From: an uncultured Acidimicrobiia bacterium | GTDB lineage: Bacteria; Actinomycetota; Acidimicrobiia; Acidimicrobiales; SZUA-35 | NCBI GenBank assembly: GCA_937890445.1 | Contig: CALACD010000393.1 | Location: 1 to 44,890 of the forward strand | Direction of reading: 5' to 3' | Length of the DNA: 44,890 nucleotides | Part shown: positions 41,266-44,890 of the stretch, piece by piece | How positions within the stretch are numbered: the first letter of the stretch is position 1 | Layout: each line of letters opens with the position of its first letter | Translations under genes and position numbers: made by a program | Notes under the pieces: model-generated | Seen by the model: the letters and a program-made list of their open reading frames with translations, nothing else | Told to the model about the DNA's origin: nothing | The model's database searches: none

Positions 41266-42768
41266 TCACCGACAGAGATCGGTCAACGCCCTCCCGGCAT
41301 TCCGACGCCCCAGGTTCCAGTGGAGCAGACGATCCGAGTCGAGGGCAGACTCGTCCTCGCAGAGCCTGGTGCGCAGTTCGGCTCGCAGCTTCGGCTCGAA
41401 TCGATCGATGTCGGCGGCCAGTACGGCCCGTCCATCCTCGGTCAGCTTGTCGACGTGGAACAGGATCGAACGCTGCTCGGGCCGAGCCAGATTGTGCCTG
41501 GCGATGATGGCTTCGGGGTTGGCGACATTCAGCGCGAACAGTACGACCAGGCCCGACCCGACCAGGGCCGAGGTCATCCATGCCTGCCCGGACCGCCACC
41601 CACCGATCCGCAACGCCACCAACGCGAATCCGATACCGATCCACACGGAGAACACCGTGCTGTAGAAACGGAGCGGGGTGAGACCATTGTCATCGATGTA
41701 CAAGTGCAACCGACCGACCGCGACCATCACGATCACCAGGGTGAGCACCACCGCCGTCATCGATGAGGCGAGGAACAGGCGATCTCTTCGGGCCCAAGCC
41801 GCAGTCGACGACCGGAGTGCCAACAGCACGGTCATGGTGATGCTGGCCACCCAGAGTAGTTGGAAGAACCCGCCTCGGGCGTACGAGCGGTACGTCAGCC
41901 CCTCGGCCATCAGGAGAGCGTCGCCCGCGTCGGACCGAGCCAGCAACTGGGCGAACACGAACGATGCGAACAGCAGATCGAGTGTCACCAGCACGATCAG
42001 CGTCTCGACCCGCCCGAGGCTCCTCGTCGACAGCGGGCGAGGCGAGCCGACGTCACGATGGGCCAACCTCAGCACGGTGGCCATGCACCCGGCTCCGACA
42101 CCGAAGAGCAGGAGGTGACCAAGGATCGGGCTCAGCCCGAGGTGAGAGAAGAACGATGCGAACACCACGTCGGCCGATCCCAGGAGCGATCCCAAGACGA
42201 TGGCCAACGGAACCGCAATGGCGATCCCCCGCATCACGGGTAGAAGAAGTTCGCGACGCCCGTTCGCCTCCCGGCAGAACGCCGCTCGGAAGTAACCCGG
42301 GGTCTCCACGACCAGGAGCACCGGTTCGACGGCAGCTGCAGACGCCTGCGCCAGCACTGCCGACGGACGAAGATCCCCGACCCTCGACTCTCGCATCGTT
42401 GCCACCAACAACAACAGGCCGACTGCGGCGACGTTGAACATCGCCAACCGGGGATCGGTCCGAATCGACAACATTGCGGCCCACAGGACGGCCAAGCCGA
42501 TGAGGGTCCGGCCCTGGCAAGTGCTGATACGACCCCCGACGAGGAGACCGACGGCCAGCGCGATCAACGACATCGACGTGGCCAACGACGTGACCGTCAG
42601 CACCCGCAGCGCCAGATCGGCGCCTACCCCAGCGCCAATGAGCGCACTGATCCAACGCTTCTCGATGACGATGGGCCGCGCCGAGGAGGGAGGCGGGGGC
42701 GAGGATGTCCCCAACGGCGTGGCCAGTGAAGTTGGATGTTGCGGTGGAATCGGGGGTTGTGACGTCAT
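41266..42768 (-). CDS. Polytopic membrane protein (DUF4153/DUF4173-like), function unknown
   Basis: Pro-rich N-terminus, ~12 hydrophobic helices and a soluble C-terminal tail (ARHNLARPEQRSILFHVDKLTEDG). High GC3. Start is ATG 42768 or TTG 42777. Confidence 0.55.
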   Translation of the reverse strand: MTSQPPIPPQHPTSLATPLGTSSPPPPSSARPIVIEKRWISALIGAGVGADLALRVLTVTSLATSMSLIALAVGLLVGGRISTCQGRTLIGLAVLWAAMLSIRTDPRLAMFNVAAVGLLLLVATMRESRVGDLRPSAVLAQASAAAVEPVLLVVETPGYFRAAFCREANGRRELLLPVMRGIAIAVPLAIVLGSLLGSADVVFASFFSHLGLSPILGHLLLFGVGAGCMATVLRLAHRDVGSPRPLSTRSLGRVETLIVLVTLDLLFASFVFAQLLARSDAGDALLMAEGLTYRSYARGGFFQLLWVASITMTVLLALRSSTAAWARRDRLFLASSMTAVVLTLVIVMVAVGRLHLYIDDNGLTPLRFYSTVFSVWIGIGFALVALRIGGWRSGQAWMTSALVGSGLVVLFALNVANPEAIIARHNLARPEQRSILFHVDKLTEDGRAVLAADIDRFEPKLRAELRTRLCEDESALDSDRLLHWNLGRRNAGRALTDLCR

Positions 42769-42818
42769 GGCTGACAAGTGTCTTCCCCGACCGTTGTGGA
42801 AGGGGTCGCCAAGATGTG

Positions 42819-42842
42819 GAGATCGGGTGCAAGCCCGATCTC
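42819..42842 (-). terminator. Perfect 9-bp stem-loop GAGATCGGG-N6-CCCGATCTC after the thioesterase gene
   Basis: Read directly. It is followed on the minus strand by CACATCTTGG (a weak T-run), between two co-oriented genes. Confidence 0.45.
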
Positions 42843-42864
42843 ACCGGGTCCGAACCGGCCTGGG

Positions 42865-43332
42865 TCACCGACGAAGCTGCCTCCAGCGCGAGGTGGCTTC
42901 GGTCAGGGCCTTGCCGTCGGGGTCGACGATGGTGCCCCGCACGTACAGATCCCTGCCGTCGATCCGCTCGATCATGGCCCGTGCCACGACGATGCTGGCC
43001 ATGGGAACCGGAGCCCGATAGACAAGATGCATCTCGGCAGTCACACACGCCATGTCCGATGAGTCCTCCGGCAGAGCCAGCTGCGCGGCAACGCCCATCA
43101 CCTCATCCAGGATGGTGGCCTGAATCCCGCCGTGCACCACGGTGTCGAGACCGCAGTGGTGGGACGCAGCCTGGTGCCTCGTCTCGACCGTTCCATCGGG
43201 CCAACGAGCGAAGACCAGACGAAGGCCCTCGGCGTTGGCCTGACCGCACCCGAAACACCGGCTCACGCCCATTCGCTCGATCAACACCGGTTCGGGCTCG
43301 CCGCTCCGGTCTGTGCCCAACCGATCAGTCAT
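42865..43332 (-). CDS. PaaI-family hotdog-fold thioesterase
   Basis: VVHGGIQATILDEVMG core. ATG 43332 overlaps the SDR stop by 8 nt (ATGACTGA). The ORF-track extension to 43611 lies inside the SDR gene. Confidence 0.75.
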   Translation of the reverse strand: MTDRLGTDRSGEPEPVLIERMGVSRCFGCGQANAEGLRLVFARWPDGTVETRHQAASHHCGLDTVVHGGIQATILDEVMGVAAQLALPEDSSDMACVTAEMHLVYRAPVPMASIVVARAMIERIDGRDLYVRGTIVDPDGKALTEATSRWRQLRR

Positions 43333-44116
43333 GACTTCGCAGGCGACGACGGAATCGTCGCATGCCTCCGAGCCAACGGTCATAGTCGTCGGCCTTGCGC
43401 TGGAAGTACGTGGCCACTTCCGGATGAGGCAGCACCAGGAACCGCTCGGCTCGAATCGCCTCGACACAGGCATCGGCGACATCGTCGGGTTCGAGGATTC
43501 CATCGCCCGCCGCCTGGCGAGTGCTCGTGGCTTCCTTGGCTCTGGGTCCGAGGATGTTGGTCCGAACGGCTTGGGGGCACAAGACCGACACACCGATGCC
43601 CTCATCGCCATGGTTGATCAGGATCCACTCTGCCAAGGCGACGGCTGCGTGCTTCGATACCGCATAGGGCCCGGAGTCCATCTGGGTCAACAGTCCAGCT
43701 GCTGATGCGGTGTTGAGGAGGTAGCCGCCTCCCCGCTCGGTCATGCCCGGAATGACGGCCCGAGCCGCGGCCAGGTGCGACCACGTGTGGACGTTCATCA
43801 TTCGTTCCCACTCGTCGGTGGGCAGATCGAGCCCACCTCGCAGCCCGTAGCCAGCGTTGGACACGAACACGTCGAGCGCTCCGAGGTTTGCTTCGGTATC
43901 GACCACGAGCCGTTCGATGGCCCGATGATCGCCGACGTCGAGCTGGGCAGAAGTCGCCACATCACCGACCATGGCAGCCGTTTCCGCAGCGTTGTCGGCG
44001 TCGAGATCGGTGCACACCACGGCCCTGGCCCCTGCGGCCGCGAACTTCACGGCCAACGAGCGGCCGATACCGGAGCCAGCTCCGGTGATCACGGCGACCT
44101 TGTCGTTGAGTTCCAT
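43325..44116 (-). CDS. Short-chain dehydrogenase/reductase (classical SDR)
   Basis: TGAGSGIG, VSNAGY, and the catalytic YAVSKHA (Y-x3-K). Confidence 0.88.
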   Translation of the reverse strand: MELNDKVAVITGAGSGIGRSLAVKFAAAGARAVVCTDLDADNAAETAAMVGDVATSAQLDVGDHRAIERLVVDTEANLGALDVFVSNAGYGLRGGLDLPTDEWERMMNVHTWSHLAAARAVIPGMTERGGGYLLNTASAAGLLTQMDSGPYAVSKHAAVALAEWILINHGDEGIGVSVLCPQAVRTNILGPRAKEATSTRQAAGDGILEPDDVADACVEAIRAERFLVLPHPEVATYFQRKADDYDRWLGGMRRFRRRLRSHD

Positions 44117-44122
44117 TCCCAG

Positions 44123-44128
44123 ACCCTA
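44123..44128 (-). promoter_or_regulatory. -10-like hexamer TAGGGT, 6 nt upstream of SDR ATG 44116
   Basis: Plus strand reads acccta. Confidence 0.4.
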
Positions 44129-44160
44129 GGAGCAGGTCAGGGGTGCCGTCGATCCGCCGC

Positions 44161-44166
44161 TACCTT
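44161..44166 (+). promoter_or_regulatory. -10-like hexamer TACCTT, 7 nt upstream of hydrolase ATG 44174
   Basis: TAnnnT + 7 nt + ATG. Confidence 0.4.
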
Positions 44167-44173
44167 TCGCCCC

Positions 44174-44890
44174 ATGACCGATGCTCCGCGAACTGACTCC
44201 GACCATCCGGCGACGCTCGGGACCGACGTGCTCCCGGGTGCCGAACCGATGTCGGTTACCGCCGGACCAACCGGCGTTCTGTGTCTCCACGGATTCACCG
44301 GCAGCCCCGATTCCATGCGTCCCATCGCCCAGGCCATGGCCGCAGCCGGTCACAGCGTGGAACTCCCCCGTCTTCCCGGTCATGGCACGACGGTCGAGGA
44401 CATGATCACCACCGGCTGGGCGGATTGGACCGCTCACGTCGATGACACCTACCAACAGCTCGCAGCTCGCACCGAACGCGTCATCGTCGTCGGCTTGTCG
44501 ATGGGGGGCACGTTGACGCTCTGGCTGGCAGCTCGCCACCCCGAACTCGCTGGCATCGTTCCCATCAACGCGTCGGTCCTGCACGACGCCGACACCCGCG
44601 ACGGCATTCAGGCGTTCGTTGATTCGGGAGCCGAGGTGATGGACGCCATCGGTGGGGACATTGCCAAACCAGGGGTCATCGAGGTGGCCTACGACCAGAC
44701 ACCGCTGCGTCCGCTCCTGTCACTGTACGACGGAATCATCGAACTGAACGAGCGGCTCGGCGACATCAAGATGCCGTCACTCATCATCACCAGCGAGAAC
44801 GATCACGTGGTGCCACCTGCCTCGAGCGATCGTATTGCGGCAGCGGTCGCGGGTCCGGTGGATCGCCTCATCCTGACCGAGAGCTTTCAC
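44174..44890 (+). CDS. Alpha/beta hydrolase, carboxylesterase/monoacylglycerol-lipase-like; 3' end runs off the window
   Basis: My own translation: MTDAPRTDSD...VLCLHGFTGSPDSMRP...VVGLSMGGTLTLW (GxSxG nucleophile elbow). It is not in the ORF track because there is no stop in the window. Confidence 0.8.
   Translation, partial: MTDAPRTDSDHPATLGTDVLPGAEPMSVTAGPTGVLCLHGFTGSPDSMRPIAQAMAAAGHSVELPRLPGHGTTVEDMITTGWADWTAHVDDTYQQLAARTERVIVVGLSMGGTLTLWLAARHPELAGIVPINASVLHDADTRDGIQAFVDSGAEVMDAIGGDIAKPGVIEVAYDQTPLRPLLSLYDGIIELNERLGDIKMPSLIITSENDHVVPPASSDRIAAAVAGPVDRLILTESFH

Noticed and set aside
41150-42777. A genomic island integrated at selC or at tRNA-Thr (25846-25918).
   Set aside because: There is no integrase, no direct repeat of the tRNA 3' end, and no visible change in base composition or codon usage. 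The flanking genes are ordinary core-type genes.

Overview
This is a GC-rich chromosomal core segment of actinobacterial type, with strong third-position GC bias. It is densely packed with about 45 genes, mostly on the minus strand. I saw no transposase, integrase, prophage or CRISPR content.

Gene order, left to right:
- ispF (partial), ispD, crp, disA-radA
- a lipoprotein-TM-HAD fusion, clpC1, a polyprenyl synthase
- a NarL-type two-component system translationally coupled to a DUF2797-like gene, then a class V aminotransferase
- a thiolase-methyltransferase operon
- a ~730-aa polytopic membrane protein followed by an FHA-like/EccC(FtsK)-like protein that lacks P-loops
- lysS, a Cys-less PTP-like protein, tilS, an HExxH metalloprotease preceded by an unlisted 43-aa membrane ORF
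- sigH-rsrA, a VOC enzyme, tRNA-Thr, holB-tmk-topA
- an RsbW-like kinase with nhaA, a photolyase-like gene with inverted domain order, an MrfA/SftH-type helicase, a quinone oxidoreductase
- a Tad/Flp-type pilus locus (tadE-like, flp-like, tadC, tadB, cpaF, ssd-like)
- a 6C-like C-rich-loop RNA, tRNA-Sec (selC), a DUF4153-like membrane protein, a thioesterase, an SDR, and a partial alpha/beta hydrolase

Several blocks follow the order I recall for Mycobacterium tuberculosis (the ispDF/disA-radA, clpC1-lysS, tilS, and holB-topA-helicase-tad regions).

Most interesting observations:
1. A cryptochrome/photolyase-family protein whose FAD/Fe-S catalytic domain precedes its alpha/beta domain, i.e. 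an apparent circular permutation.
2. The polytopic membrane protein paired with an EccC/EssC-like pseudo-ATPase.
3. selC and a 6C-like RNA sitting back to back upstream of the tad operon.
4. A PTP-fold protein with Gly in place of the catalytic Cys, tightly linked to lysS.
5. A leaderless 43-aa membrane ORF coupled (TAGTG) to the metalloprotease.
6. Three separate short tandem-repeat arrays (5 x 13 bp, 2.7 x 17 bp, 4 x 17 bp).
7. A recurring TAnnnT/TAGGGT hexamer 6-8 nt upstream of many start codons. This implies widespread leaderless transcription and helps fix start codons.

All homology statements come from my own reading of motifs. No database search was run.
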